Shown here one piece after another: positions 1 to 7,451 of a stretch of DNA of 9,154 nucleotides. The notes under the pieces are model-generated. The model saw only the letters and a program-made list of their open reading frames with translations, did no database searches and was not told the DNA's origin. The stretch lies in IMG/VR virus record IMGVR_UViG_2695420871_000007; one strand, written 5' to 3'. Positions within the stretch are counted from its first letter, which is position 1, and every line of letters begins with the position of its first letter. The translations under genes were made by a program, and so were the position numbers. The DNA is from a virus (lineage: Duplodnaviria; Heunggongvirae; Uroviricota; Caudoviricetes).

Positions 1-33
1 GTGGAAAGCGGACAGCATCAGTAACGAAAGTAT

Positions 34-366
34 TTAGCGGGCATGAAAATGGCAAATAACGGTCAAACATCGTGGCGTTGACAGAGAAACACGATCCACC
101 CAGAATGTCTCACCATTAATGGTCAGCGTGTCACCACGCCGCACGGCACGAACCGTATCCGTCCGCACAAATAATGACGGGCTGCTTCCTTCAATACGGA
201 CCCCGCTACCGGCAAACCCCAGCGACTCCGGATCGTCAAAAACCCCCTGAACTTCGCTGCCACACTGTGCCCCCGAGGTGAACTGCGCACAGAGCCCCAT
301 CACTTCAACAATCGTTCTGTCCACCCCGGCAAGGGCAGCATCAAAGGAATTCTCAAAATCATGCAT
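34..366 (-). CDS. FII: Head-tail joining protein, lambda gpFII-like
   Basis: 110-aa ORF from the track. From recollection it aligns with lambda FII over most of its length, e.g. shared blocks GVFDDPE, GVR(I/V)EGSSPSLFVRTD and RRGDTLTI followed by FWVDRVS. The start codon overlaps the FI stop by 8 nt, the expected position after FI. Confidence 0.85.
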   Translation of the reverse strand: MHDFENSFDAALAGVDRTIVEVMGLCAQFTSGAQCGSEVQGVFDDPESLGFAGSGVRIEGSSPSLFVRTDTVRAVRRGDTLTINGETFWVDRVSLSTPRCLTVICHFHAR

Positions 367-727
367 AAACGGCCATTCCGCTCCTGACCATGTCTTTTGC
401 CACTGAGGGGGGCATCAGAATTACTCTGCCAGCATCAACATGCTCAACAGGCTCACCTGTTTCATCGTCAACACCGCACAGGTAAAAACACTTCAGAAGC
501 CTGATACGTTCCAGAATACCAACGTCATCCTCACCGGTGTGCCTGCATGCCTGCTCATGAACGGTATCATCAACATCTGCGATTTCATTTTCCGAGGCGC
601 AAACCTCCTCTTCCCACTCTGCCACACGCTGTGCGATATCCGCAGCACTCCCCGACATATCCGCCTCGCGCCCCAGCAGACCAGCCAGTTCACGAAGACG
701 TTTCTGATTTTCTTCTTTTGTTGCCAT
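359..727 (-). CDS. FI: DNA-packaging / head assembly protein, lambda gpFI-like; start moved to the internal ATG at 727
   Basis: The track ORF runs 359..775, but the lambda FI-like sequence begins at Met17 (MATKEENQKRLRELAG vs lambda MTKDELIARLRSLGE). That ATG (727..725) is preceded by a GGGAG Shine-Dalgarno-like motif. The longer start would run through the upstream hairpin and abut the E stop codon. Confidence 0.72.
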   Translation of the reverse strand: MATKEENQKRLRELAGLLGREADMSGSAADIAQRVAEWEEEVCASENEIADVDDTVHEQACRHTGEDDVGILERIRLLKCFYLCGVDDETGEPVEHVDAGRVILMPPSVAKDMVRSGMAVYA

Positions 728-741
728 ATCCAGCTCCCTGT

Positions 742-770
742 GAAAAAAACACGGGGGCATTTCGCCCCCG
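742..770 (-). terminator. Intrinsic-terminator-like hairpin plus U-tract between E and FI
   Basis: Minus-strand transcript reads CGGGGGC-GAAAU-GCCCCCG (7-bp all-GC stem at 764..770 and 752..758, 5-nt loop) followed directly by UGUUUUUUUC (751..742). It lies 8 nt after the E stop codon and just before the FI ribosome-binding site. Confidence 0.5.
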
Positions 771-778
771 CTCACGGA

Positions 779-1807
779 TTATTTCACCTGTACCACCACA
801 AACTCATCCGGATCCGGCAGCACCATCAGCGGCGCGGACTGCGTCATGGTGAATTCACAGGACGGATCGCCCACGGTCAGCCAGTGTTTCGGGTAACGGG
901 AAGAAGCCACCACTCCTTCAGACAACGCCTGTGCATCCTTAATGGCTCCATAGCAACGAATCCCCTCTGCCGCCGTATTCCCCAGCACCAGCGTGCCCTC
1001 CGGCAGATAACGTTTTTCGGTACCGTCCTCTGCCACATAAGACGTTTTCGCTACCACAATAGCCAGATCGCCGTAATACCCCTTGAAGGATACCACTGCG
1101 CCCAGATCTTTCACTGCCGTTTCGAGTTGTGAATTTGAACCGCGACGGGTATCCAGTTTTTCGCGGAAAAGCTTAAAGCCATTCAGCAGACGCCAGACGG
1201 TACCGTCCATAATGGCAATATTCACAAGACCACTGGCCTGATCACAGAAAAGGTCGATATCATATGTCGGGTCGAACGTGTCACGATCCTGTTTTGACCA
1301 CTCCTTACCGCTACCCTGTATGATGTTATTCTTCGTCGATCGGCCAAAATCGACTTCAATTTTCTCGAACTGGTCTCCTTCCATCGTATATTTGCCATAC
1401 AGCACGGCATTCACCGCCTGCATTTCTTCCACCTGCACAATAGCGTGCTCTTCCTGTTTGAGGTTATCAGTGATGATACGCAGACGACGGTAGGCCGGGT
1501 CGTTCAGCTGAGCCGGATCTTCACCGGGAAGGCGTTCAACCGCCTGCTGGTAATTAAATTCGTGTTTCGGCTTGACGTAGCCCGGACGTAACACGCGGGT
1601 TTCACCCCCACGATGACGCAGCACTTTTCCTTCAACGACCGGGGAGACATAGGCCGCCACCGGCGTTTTTCCGGTAATTTTGTCCAGCATCACCTCTTCG
1701 GTGTGGAAATTCACCGTACGGCGGAAAAACAGTTCCAGAAACAGCGCACGAAATTTAACTTTTTGTTCGGTATAACCGAGTAACTGGCGGGTCGTAAACA
1801 ATCCCAT
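779..1807 (-). CDS. E: Major capsid protein, lambda gpE-like
   Basis: 342-aa ORF, near-collinear with lambda E (341 aa) as I recall it. Long shared blocks include PGYVKPKHE, DPAYRR, AIVQVEEMQAV, KGKYTM, EKLDTRRGSNS(Q/E)LETAVKDLG, DPDEFV. An AAGGA Shine-Dalgarno motif sits about 9 nt upstream of the ATG. Confidence 0.93.
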   Translation of the reverse strand: MGLFTTRQLLGYTEQKVKFRALFLELFFRRTVNFHTEEVMLDKITGKTPVAAYVSPVVEGKVLRHRGGETRVLRPGYVKPKHEFNYQQAVERLPGEDPAQLNDPAYRRLRIITDNLKQEEHAIVQVEEMQAVNAVLYGKYTMEGDQFEKIEVDFGRSTKNNIIQGSGKEWSKQDRDTFDPTYDIDLFCDQASGLVNIAIMDGTVWRLLNGFKLFREKLDTRRGSNSQLETAVKDLGAVVSFKGYYGDLAIVVAKTSYVAEDGTEKRYLPEGTLVLGNTAAEGIRCYGAIKDAQALSEGVVASSRYPKHWLTVGDPSCEFTMTQSAPLMVLPDPDEFVVVQVK

Positions 1808-1835
1808 AAATCAGTTCCTTTCATTCAGAAATCAG

Positions 1836-1857
1836 TCAGGCCACCATGGTGGCCTGA
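1836..1857 (-). other. 22-bp perfect palindrome (GC-rich hairpin) in the D-E intergenic spacer
   Basis: tcaggccacca|tggtggcctga is a perfect inverted repeat. In RNA it gives a 9-bp stem with a CAUG loop, 8 nt after the D stop and ahead of the E ribosome-binding site. No strong U-tract follows, so it is not a canonical terminator. Confidence 0.4.
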
Positions 1858-1864
1858 TAACGTG

Positions 1865-2212
1865 TTACGGCAGAGCCGCGTGACTCAGGGCTGTGCCGGC
1901 AAAGGCATTTGCCTTTTTGTGTTCATCCACACTGTCAGGCCAGCGGATTGCCTCCGTCGCAAAGGTCCCCGACTTGTAATAGGTCAGCACCGTCTCTGTG
2001 CCTTCAAGCGGCAGTACCAGTATGCCAACCGCACTACCGGCTTTCTGTCCATCCCAGACCACCAGTTTCCCGGTGGCTTCATCCAGCATCAGGGGCGTCA
2101 GAGCCGGTGTTGCAGAAGAAATCCCGCTGCTGCCTGTGGCGGTATGAGCCGGATCATTACCAGCAAAAATACGTACTTCCGCACGCTGTTCAGTGATGGT
2201 TTTCGTCACCAT
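1865..2212 (-). CDS. D: Head decoration protein, lambda gpD-like
   Basis: 115-aa ORF. Recalled lambda D shares DPAHTAT, PA(L/M)TPLMLD, KLV(V/A)WDG, AAVGIL, YKSGTF and AFAGTA blocks. It sits between C and E as in lambda. A GAGG motif lies about 10 nt upstream of the ATG. Confidence 0.9.
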   Translation of the reverse strand: MVTKTITEQRAEVRIFAGNDPAHTATGSSGISSATPALTPLMLDEATGKLVVWDGQKAGSAVGILVLPLEGTETVLTYYKSGTFATEAIRWPDSVDEHKKANAFAGTALSHAALP

Positions 2213-2248
2213 TTTGTTAAAACCTCATATTGATGGTCAGCACTGACT

Positions 2249-2851
2249 TCATGGCATGGCCATGAGCATTTTCACGTCCGCATCACCGTCTGCTGACGTC
2301 TGTGACACGCCACCCCGCACCGCTGCCGGTGAATGATTCGCCATGAAATGTTCAAACAGGGCGGTTGTGGATGCAGAGACCGGTTCGGCCTTACCTGATC
2401 CCGCAGCCAGCACAGCCCGGGCGTTCTCCACGGTCATTCCCGGGCAGGCCGCCAGTTTTTCAGCCTGCGCTTCTGCCCCTTTTGCCTCATCCAGGGCCAT
2501 GATCTGATCACGAAGTGAGGGCCCGGCATCCGCCAGTGGTGCAGCCGCCAGGATCGGGCGTGCTTTTTCCACCGTCATCTCCGGCATCGCCGCCAGCGTT
2601 GCCGCCAGTTGTTCACGACCTTTCGCTTCTTCACACGCCATAATGCGATCGGCTTCACTCTGCGCGGATGCCACCGGCTGCTGTGGTGCCGCCGCGGCCA
2701 GAATCGCCCGGGCCTGTTCAATGCTCATGCCCTGTTGTCCTGCCAGCATCGTGGCAAGCTGTTCACGTCCTTTCGCTTCCTGACACGTCAGGATCCCCAT
2801 CACTCGCTGGTTCTCCTGCGCGGCAGCTTCCGTTGCAGTTAATTGCGGCAT
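2249..2851 (-). CDS. Nu3: Nested in-frame scaffolding protein, lambda Nu3-like, initiated inside C
   Basis: An in-frame ATG at 2851..2849 is preceded by a perfect AGGAGG Shine-Dalgarno motif with a 4-nt spacer, inside the C reading frame. The position corresponds to the lambda Nu3 start (ours GGTMPQLTAT vs lambda GGRMTKETQST). The 200-aa product carries the scaffold motif RxMGIL..EA.GRE..GMT...AR.ILAAA seen in lambda Nu3. Confidence 0.6.
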   Translation of the reverse strand: MPQLTATEAAAQENQRVMGILTCQEAKGREQLATMLAGQQGMSIEQARAILAAAAPQQPVASAQSEADRIMACEEAKGREQLAATLAAMPEMTVEKARPILAAAPLADAGPSLRDQIMALDEAKGAEAQAEKLAACPGMTVENARAVLAAGSGKAEPVSASTTALFEHFMANHSPAAVRGGVSQTSADGDADVKMLMAMP

Positions 2852-3754
2852 AGTGCCTCCTGTATCATGAGTGTTCAGCGCCGCAGCCATCACGCTGATG
2901 GCATCCGACGCATTGATTAATTCATCCGCCAGCCCGGCCTCAATGCCGGACTGACCTTCAAAAACGGCGGCCTCTGTTCCCGTGACCGCATCCACAGACA
3001 ACCCGGTATACATCGCCACTTTTTCGGCAAACATCCGGTGCGCCGCATCAATCCGCTGCTGCATATCCTGGCGAACCTCTGCCGGCAACGCTTCAAACTG
3101 ATTGCCATCCACCTTGTGCGCCCCGGCATAAATCAGCGTGATATCCACACCGGCCTGCGCCAGATGACCGGCATAGCTGACATGGCTCATCATCACGCCA
3201 ATGGAGCCGATACGGGATGTCTGGGTAACCAGCCGTCGGGAGCAGGCCGACGCCAGCAGCATGGCTGCAGAACAGGCCGTGTCATTGCACAGTGCCCAGA
3301 CCGGCTTCTGCTGACGGAGGCGGTAAATCATGTCAGCGCAGTCAAACGCGCCGGCGGCCTGCCCGCCCGGACTGTCAATGTCCAGCAGTACGCCCCGCAC
3401 CTGGCTATCTGCCATTGCCTGCTGAAGACAGGCGACAATGCCGTCATAGCCTGTCATTCCGGAAAATGGCCGCATACCGCCCAGCCGGTGCACCAGCGTG
3501 CCGGTCACCGGCAGTACAGCAATACCGTTCACCACCCGGTAAACACGGGCCGGTCGTTTACCTCCGGCCATGTACTCGTCCGTTTCAGCCAGCATTCCGG
3601 GAGCATCAAGCTGTACCTGTTGTTGTGGTACCGAAAGACTTGCTGCCCCCATCTCGCGCCCGAGCGCGCAAAAGAAAACCCGCGCATAGGCGGGCTCCAG
3701 AAGCAGCGGTTCATTGAATGCTGCGGCAATAATGTGTGAAAGATTACGTCTCAC
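2249..3754 (-). CDS. C: Prohead protease / minor capsid protein, lambda gpC-like (S49/ClpP-type N-terminal domain fused to a scaffold-type C-terminal domain)
   Basis: 501-aa ORF. The N-terminal two thirds are collinear with recalled lambda C (AFNEPLLLEPAYARVFFCAL, MNGIAVLPV(T/S)GTLV, SGMTGY(D/N)GI, QQA block, GAFDCAD, KPVWAL, SRRLVTQT(S/A)R(I/T)GSIGVMM, ITLIY(A/S)G(A/S)HKVDGN, AYTGLSV, TEAAV). The C-terminal part is scaffold-like and longer than in lambda because of an internal triplication. Confidence 0.88.
   Translation of the reverse strand: MRRNLSHIIAAAFNEPLLLEPAYARVFFCALGREMGAASLSVPQQQVQLDAPGMLAETDEYMAGGKRPARVYRVVNGIAVLPVTGTLVHRLGGMRPFSGMTGYDGIVACLQQAMADSQVRGVLLDIDSPGGQAAGAFDCADMIYRLRQQKPVWALCNDTACSAAMLLASACSRRLVTQTSRIGSIGVMMSHVSYAGHLAQAGVDITLIYAGAHKVDGNQFEALPAEVRQDMQQRIDAAHRMFAEKVAMYTGLSVDAVTGTEAAVFEGQSGIEAGLADELINASDAISVMAAALNTHDTGGTMPQLTATEAAAQENQRVMGILTCQEAKGREQLATMLAGQQGMSIEQARAILAAAAPQQPVASAQSEADRIMACEEAKGREQLAATLAAMPEMTVEKARPILAAAPLADAGPSLRDQIMALDEAKGAEAQAEKLAACPGMTVENARAVLAAGSGKAEPVSASTTALFEHFMANHSPAAVRGGVSQTSADGDADVKMLMAMP
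2393..2806 (-). repeat. Three tandem in-frame copies of a roughly 40-47 aa scaffold motif within C/Nu3
   Basis: Protein repeats: RVMGILTCQEAKGREQLATMLAGQQGMSIEQARAILAAAAPQ; RIMACEEAKGREQLAATLAAMPEMTVEKARPILAAAPLADAG; QIMALDEAKGAEAQAEKLAACPGMTVENARAVLAAGSG. The first two are also visibly similar at DNA level (ctgttcacgtcctttcgcttc near 2760..2780 vs ttgttcacgacctttcgcttc near 2610..2630). Lambda Nu3, as I recall it, has one copy. Confidence 0.65.
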
Positions 3755-5336
3755 GTGGTGTTGTCTCCTCTTCCGGCCTGCGACTCTCCGCTATCTGCTG
3801 CTGATACGCCTGCGCTATCCACACCGGGCGTGAGAGTCCGGCTTTTTCCCGCTCTGCAGATTCCCTGACCTGCTGGCGGAAAATGTCCTGATAATCCTCG
3901 CCCATCAGCGCCAGCTCTTTCTCATACGTGCTCAGTCCGGCCTCAATGCGCATCACTGATTCCTGGACTTCCTTGAGCCCGTCAATGGCCATTCTTCCGG
4001 CACCAATCCACTCTGCCCGTGACCAGGCTGATCGCGCCTGATAAAAATCAAAACGAGCCCGTGGCGGACGAATAATCCCCCGAAGAAGTGCCTCTTCCAG
4101 CCAGCAGGAAAACATCTGCGTGGCCAGTCGGGCCGCAATAAATTTTCGCCGCCCCATAAAATAGCGCCACGACTCATTGGCGGAGGCGCGGGCACTTGAG
4201 TAACTGACCTTCGAGTAATCACGGGACAACTGTTCGTAGGAAACGCCAAGACCGGCGGCGATATACCGCAGCAGCGCCTGTTCAAGCGCCGAAAATCCAT
4301 TGTCTGAATCCTGCGCTGTCTGCAGTTTCAGATCATCACCAGGGAAAAGGTGCGGAATTTTGACACCGCCCAGCGTCACGTGATTCGTGTCATACCAGCT
4401 GGAGAACTTCTCCAGAATATTAATAAGCGGATTATCCTTCTGCCCCTGCGGCGCACCGGCGATATATTCAAAGGCCTTTTCGGTATCCAGTTCACTTTCA
4501 ATCGTCGCTGCATACATCGCCTTCACTATGGCCGACTGAAGCTGTGTTGCCTGCAGGGAATCGAGCATCTTCAGCCGTTCCATGACGCTGTAAAACTGAT
4601 TGGCCCCACGGGTCTGCCCGTCCTCCACCGGCTCGAAAATATGCAGCATGGCCGGACGCCCGGTGGGTAGTTCACGCGGGATCCGTTCCCATCGTCCACT
4701 CCCGGAGCGAGGAAAATCATCCTCACAGATATGGTACGCAACGGCACGGCCATATCGATCGACCTCCACACCGGCCCGCAGAAAACGGTTCCCGATACCG
4801 TGTCCTGGCGTGTCCACCCGTTTCGGACTCACGGCTTTAAAACGCGTACGGAATAACTGCGTGGTTTCCGTATCCCAGACCGGCTGCACAAAGATTTCGC
4901 CGTTAAACGCATGAACGCCCACACCTTCACGGATAAATTCCGTAAACGTGCGTTTCCCTTCCACGTCGATCTCACCAAACATCCCTTCTGCGTATTCTGA
5001 CCAGGCCGCCTCCACCTCATCGACAAAACTTTTTGCCGCGGTCTCCCGCATCCCCAGCCAGCGCCAGTTCGGACGGTAGCTGATAAGAAACATATGCCCG
5101 ACAATGTGATCCTTATGCAGGGCCACCGCATTGGCCGCTATCCCGTTATTGCGCACCAGATCATCTGCCCGGGCATTCCCCAGACGCAACGCGGGCAGCA
5201 GGGCCGCATCGGCACTCTGCGAGGGTGGCAACCACTCCGCCATTTGCCCGCCAAATCCTGCGCCGCCCCCGTTGTAGCTGAGGCTCTCCCGAAGCGGAAC
5301 GCCGTTCACATCAATCAGGACAGGCGTTCGTTTCAT
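3744..5336 (-). CDS. B: Portal protein, lambda gpB-like
   Basis: 530-aa ORF (lambda B is about 533 aa). Shared blocks with recalled lambda B include GNARADDLVRNNG, FEPVEDGQTRGAN(Q/V)FYSVME, KMLD(S/T)LQ, QLQSAIVKAMYAATIESELDT, LRYIAAGLGVSYEQLSR, ARASANESW, GRMAIDGLKEVQE, IEAGLSTYEKE. The start overlaps the W stop (ATGA). Confidence 0.93.
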   Translation of the reverse strand: MKRTPVLIDVNGVPLRESLSYNGGGAGFGGQMAEWLPPSQSADAALLPALRLGNARADDLVRNNGIAANAVALHKDHIVGHMFLISYRPNWRWLGMRETAAKSFVDEVEAAWSEYAEGMFGEIDVEGKRTFTEFIREGVGVHAFNGEIFVQPVWDTETTQLFRTRFKAVSPKRVDTPGHGIGNRFLRAGVEVDRYGRAVAYHICEDDFPRSGSGRWERIPRELPTGRPAMLHIFEPVEDGQTRGANQFYSVMERLKMLDSLQATQLQSAIVKAMYAATIESELDTEKAFEYIAGAPQGQKDNPLINILEKFSSWYDTNHVTLGGVKIPHLFPGDDLKLQTAQDSDNGFSALEQALLRYIAAGLGVSYEQLSRDYSKVSYSSARASANESWRYFMGRRKFIAARLATQMFSCWLEEALLRGIIRPPRARFDFYQARSAWSRAEWIGAGRMAIDGLKEVQESVMRIEAGLSTYEKELALMGEDYQDIFRQQVRESAEREKAGLSRPVWIAQAYQQQIAESRRPEEETTPRET

Positions 5337-5539
5337 AACCTCACTCCCAGCGGACGACGGCGACGCCGGGTTGTCCCCAGTACCGACTCCGCATCATTGA
5401 TCGCCCGGTTAAGCTCATCCAGAGAAGCCGCCGTATATTCAATTCTGCGACCATCTTTCTGGACAGACACCACCCGTTTACCGGTTAATAAATCAAGGCG
5501 CGCCTGACGCAGCGCCTGCAGTTCAGCGACTGTAACCAT
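5333..5539 (-). CDS. W: Head-tail connector / head completion protein, lambda gpW-like
   Basis: 68-aa ORF. It resembles recalled lambda W: L.TGKRV(V/A)(S/T)VQKDGRR(I/V)E(Y/F)TA.S. and the C-terminal RRRxxP(L/A)G. It sits between A and B as in lambda. Confidence 0.85.
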   Translation of the reverse strand: MVTVAELQALRQARLDLLTGKRVVSVQKDGRRIEYTAASLDELNRAINDAESVLGTTRRRRRPLGVRL

Positions 5540-7451
5540 TCACTCCTCCGGACAGCTTCGCTGCCAGTTCTTTAAGGGGTGGCCGGGTCGTCTCTTCTTC
5601 CCGGGATTTTGCCAGTACAGCCAGATCAAGCTGCCAGCGTTGCACGGACACACGTAATGCCGCGTAGGCATACACCAGGCAGTCCAGCGCTTCGTTACGC
5701 CGCTTTTTGTTATCCCACAGCAGACGCATCTTTCCTTTTTCCCACTTCTCCACAAGCTCTTCCGCCACCAGTTGCTGCGCCTCTGTCTGCGAAAAAATCT
5801 CCGGCTCATCAGGAAAACGGATGGCATACGACGTGGCTTCATCCGCAGGCGTGGGATCGGCTTTCATACGGGCATAGAGAATTTCTTTTGCGGTGTCCGT
5901 CCCCACTTCGCACAGATACACGCCCCGCTGATTGCGGGTTTTTGGCATGGTGATCACCGGCTTGCCATAAACAGATGCACCTTTTACCGGCAGCACCCGG
6001 AAAACACCGTGTTTTTTTGACCTCTGATAAACGATTTCGCCATCGATCCCCCCGGTGTCCCAGCAGACACGGGAAATGGTCATCTCGGTGCCATCCGCAT
6101 GGCGGTATTTTTTGTTGATCGCCGCATCCACACGTAACAGCGTCTCTTCCTCATCAGGACGCCCCATAATGATGATTTTATCCACCAGAAAAGCTTCCTC
6201 TCCCGGTGCCCATCCCCAGACATACATCTCAAAACGGTTTCGCTGCGAGTCAATGCCCGCCGTCAGATAAACCACCCGGGCAGGTACCGCCGCCGTATAA
6301 TGCACGACCTTATCCATCAGCACCTGGTGATCAAGTTTTTCGCCCACGGCCTCTTCCCAGGTCTCGCCCAGCGTGGTGTTCACAAAGGTTTTCACGCCGT
6401 TGGGATCTTTCAGTGCATCCAGCCAGTCATAGACTATCTGTACCCAGGTGGTAAACGGACTGTACGCCGTCCAGATATGGAACGTGATGGAGCGCGGCGG
6501 CGGAATTTCATTACCCGCAGCGCTGAAAAACGTCAGACCGTCACGGGTCCACATGCCCGTGTTTTCACAGATCCACCGCCCGTTGCTCTGGTCCAGTTCA
6601 GACTGATGGATCACGCAGCCATGATGTTCACAGAGGTAGAAAACACTTTCGGGACTGTCCTTCTCCCATTTAAGCCCAAAAGGCGTGGACTCATCGCCAA
6701 ATTTCAGATACTGCTCCTCCCCACAGTGTGGGCAGGGCACATAAAAACGCATAAAATGCGCCGACTCGTTGGCCGCTTTTTCGATCTGGCAGGTGCCTTT
6801 GATTTTAGGCGTCGAGCCGCGAATGGATTTGGGCCATACAGAGCCCTCAATACGTTTATCCCCAAGCAGGGTTGGCGACCCCTCTTTTTCGACATCCGGT
6901 TCGAACGAGGAAAGTTCGTCATAGCAGACCACGTCCACGGATTTTTCACGGTAGTTTTTAGCGGCAGCCCCGCCCAGGCACCAGAAGCCCACGCCCGATG
7001 AAAAACGTTTCAGCGTGAGGGTATTATCACGATGTTTACGACCCAGCCATGGGGAAAGGTCTTTCAGGCATGGCACATCCCGAATCGTCGCCTCCACGTG
7101 AGACTTCATAAAATCTTCAGCGGCAGAATCCGTGGGCTGAAAAAGCAGACTGTTTCGTGATTTATGCTCAATAAAATACCCGACCACCCCCAGCAACATC
7201 TTTGTATAGCCAACACGGGCAGATTTAATCAGGTTAACCGTGCGAACCTGGTCGTTACCCATACAGTTCATAATGGCGACCTGGAACGGCAGCGTTTTCC
7301 ATTCTCCCTCACCATATGAAGATTCTTTAGGCAGATAATAATTTTGATCAGCCCATTCAACTGGCGTCACCGGCAATGCCCTTATCAGGGGCTGTAATGC
7401 TGTTGTGACAGCACTCATCATATTATTCAGTTGTTGCTCTGATATATTCAT
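5523..7451 (-). CDS. A: Terminase large subunit, lambda gpA-like; start moved to the internal ATG at 7451
   Basis: The track ORF is 661 aa from 7508, but lambda-type A begins MNIS..., which here is Met20 (ATG at 7451..7449), giving 642 aa versus about 641 in lambda. Extensive shared blocks: VEWAD.NYYLPKES, TLPFQ.AIMN.MG, SARVGY(T/S)KMLLGV, KKHRDNTLT.KRF, GFWCLGG.AAKNYREKSVDV, EGSPT(L/F)LGDKRIEGSVWPKSIRGSTPK, CPHCGEEQYLKFGD, FHIWTAYSPFTTWVQIV, KTFVNTTLGETWE, YLTAGIDSQ, CWDTGGID, KGASVYGKPV, WD.KKRRNEALDC.VYA.AALR.S.QRWQLDL. Confidence 0.93.
   Translation of the reverse strand: MNISEQQLNNMMSAVTTALQPLIRALPVTPVEWADQNYYLPKESSYGEGEWKTLPFQVAIMNCMGNDQVRTVNLIKSARVGYTKMLLGVVGYFIEHKSRNSLLFQPTDSAAEDFMKSHVEATIRDVPCLKDLSPWLGRKHRDNTLTLKRFSSGVGFWCLGGAAAKNYREKSVDVVCYDELSSFEPDVEKEGSPTLLGDKRIEGSVWPKSIRGSTPKIKGTCQIEKAANESAHFMRFYVPCPHCGEEQYLKFGDESTPFGLKWEKDSPESVFYLCEHHGCVIHQSELDQSNGRWICENTGMWTRDGLTFFSAAGNEIPPPRSITFHIWTAYSPFTTWVQIVYDWLDALKDPNGVKTFVNTTLGETWEEAVGEKLDHQVLMDKVVHYTAAVPARVVYLTAGIDSQRNRFEMYVWGWAPGEEAFLVDKIIIMGRPDEEETLLRVDAAINKKYRHADGTEMTISRVCWDTGGIDGEIVYQRSKKHGVFRVLPVKGASVYGKPVITMPKTRNQRGVYLCEVGTDTAKEILYARMKADPTPADEATSYAIRFPDEPEIFSQTEAQQLVAEELVEKWEKGKMRLLWDNKKRRNEALDCLVYAYAALRVSVQRWQLDLAVLAKSREEETTRPPLKELAAKLSGGVNGYSR

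Noticed and set aside
1-33. Possible start of the next downstream gene (Z-like tail or head-completion gene) with an ATG at 18..16 on the minus strand
   Set aside because: Only a few codons fall inside the window, there is no convincing Shine-Dalgarno motif, and the translation has no recognisable similarity to lambda Z.
728-775. N-terminal extension of the track ORF for FI (16 extra codons)
   Set aside because: It would be translated through the terminator-like hairpin and begin 1 nt from the E stop. Homology to lambda FI begins at the internal ATG (727), which has its own Shine-Dalgarno motif.
440-1132. 230-aa plus-strand ORF from the track, antisense to FI and E
   Set aside because: It lies entirely opposite well-supported lambda-like genes and has a low-complexity His/Arg/Cys-rich translation typical of a spurious antisense frame in GC-rich coding DNA, with no recognisable domain.
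3038-3739. 233-aa and 141-aa plus-strand ORFs antisense to C
   Set aside because: Same reasoning: Arg/Pro/His-rich antisense frames opposite a confidently identified gene, with no homology recognised.
6300-7001. 233-aa plus-strand ORF antisense to terminase large subunit A, plus other short track ORFs inside A, B and D (e.g. 5579..5953, 4600..4914, 1862..2233)
   Set aside because: Alternative frames or antisense to confidently assigned lambda-like genes; no start signals or homology seen.
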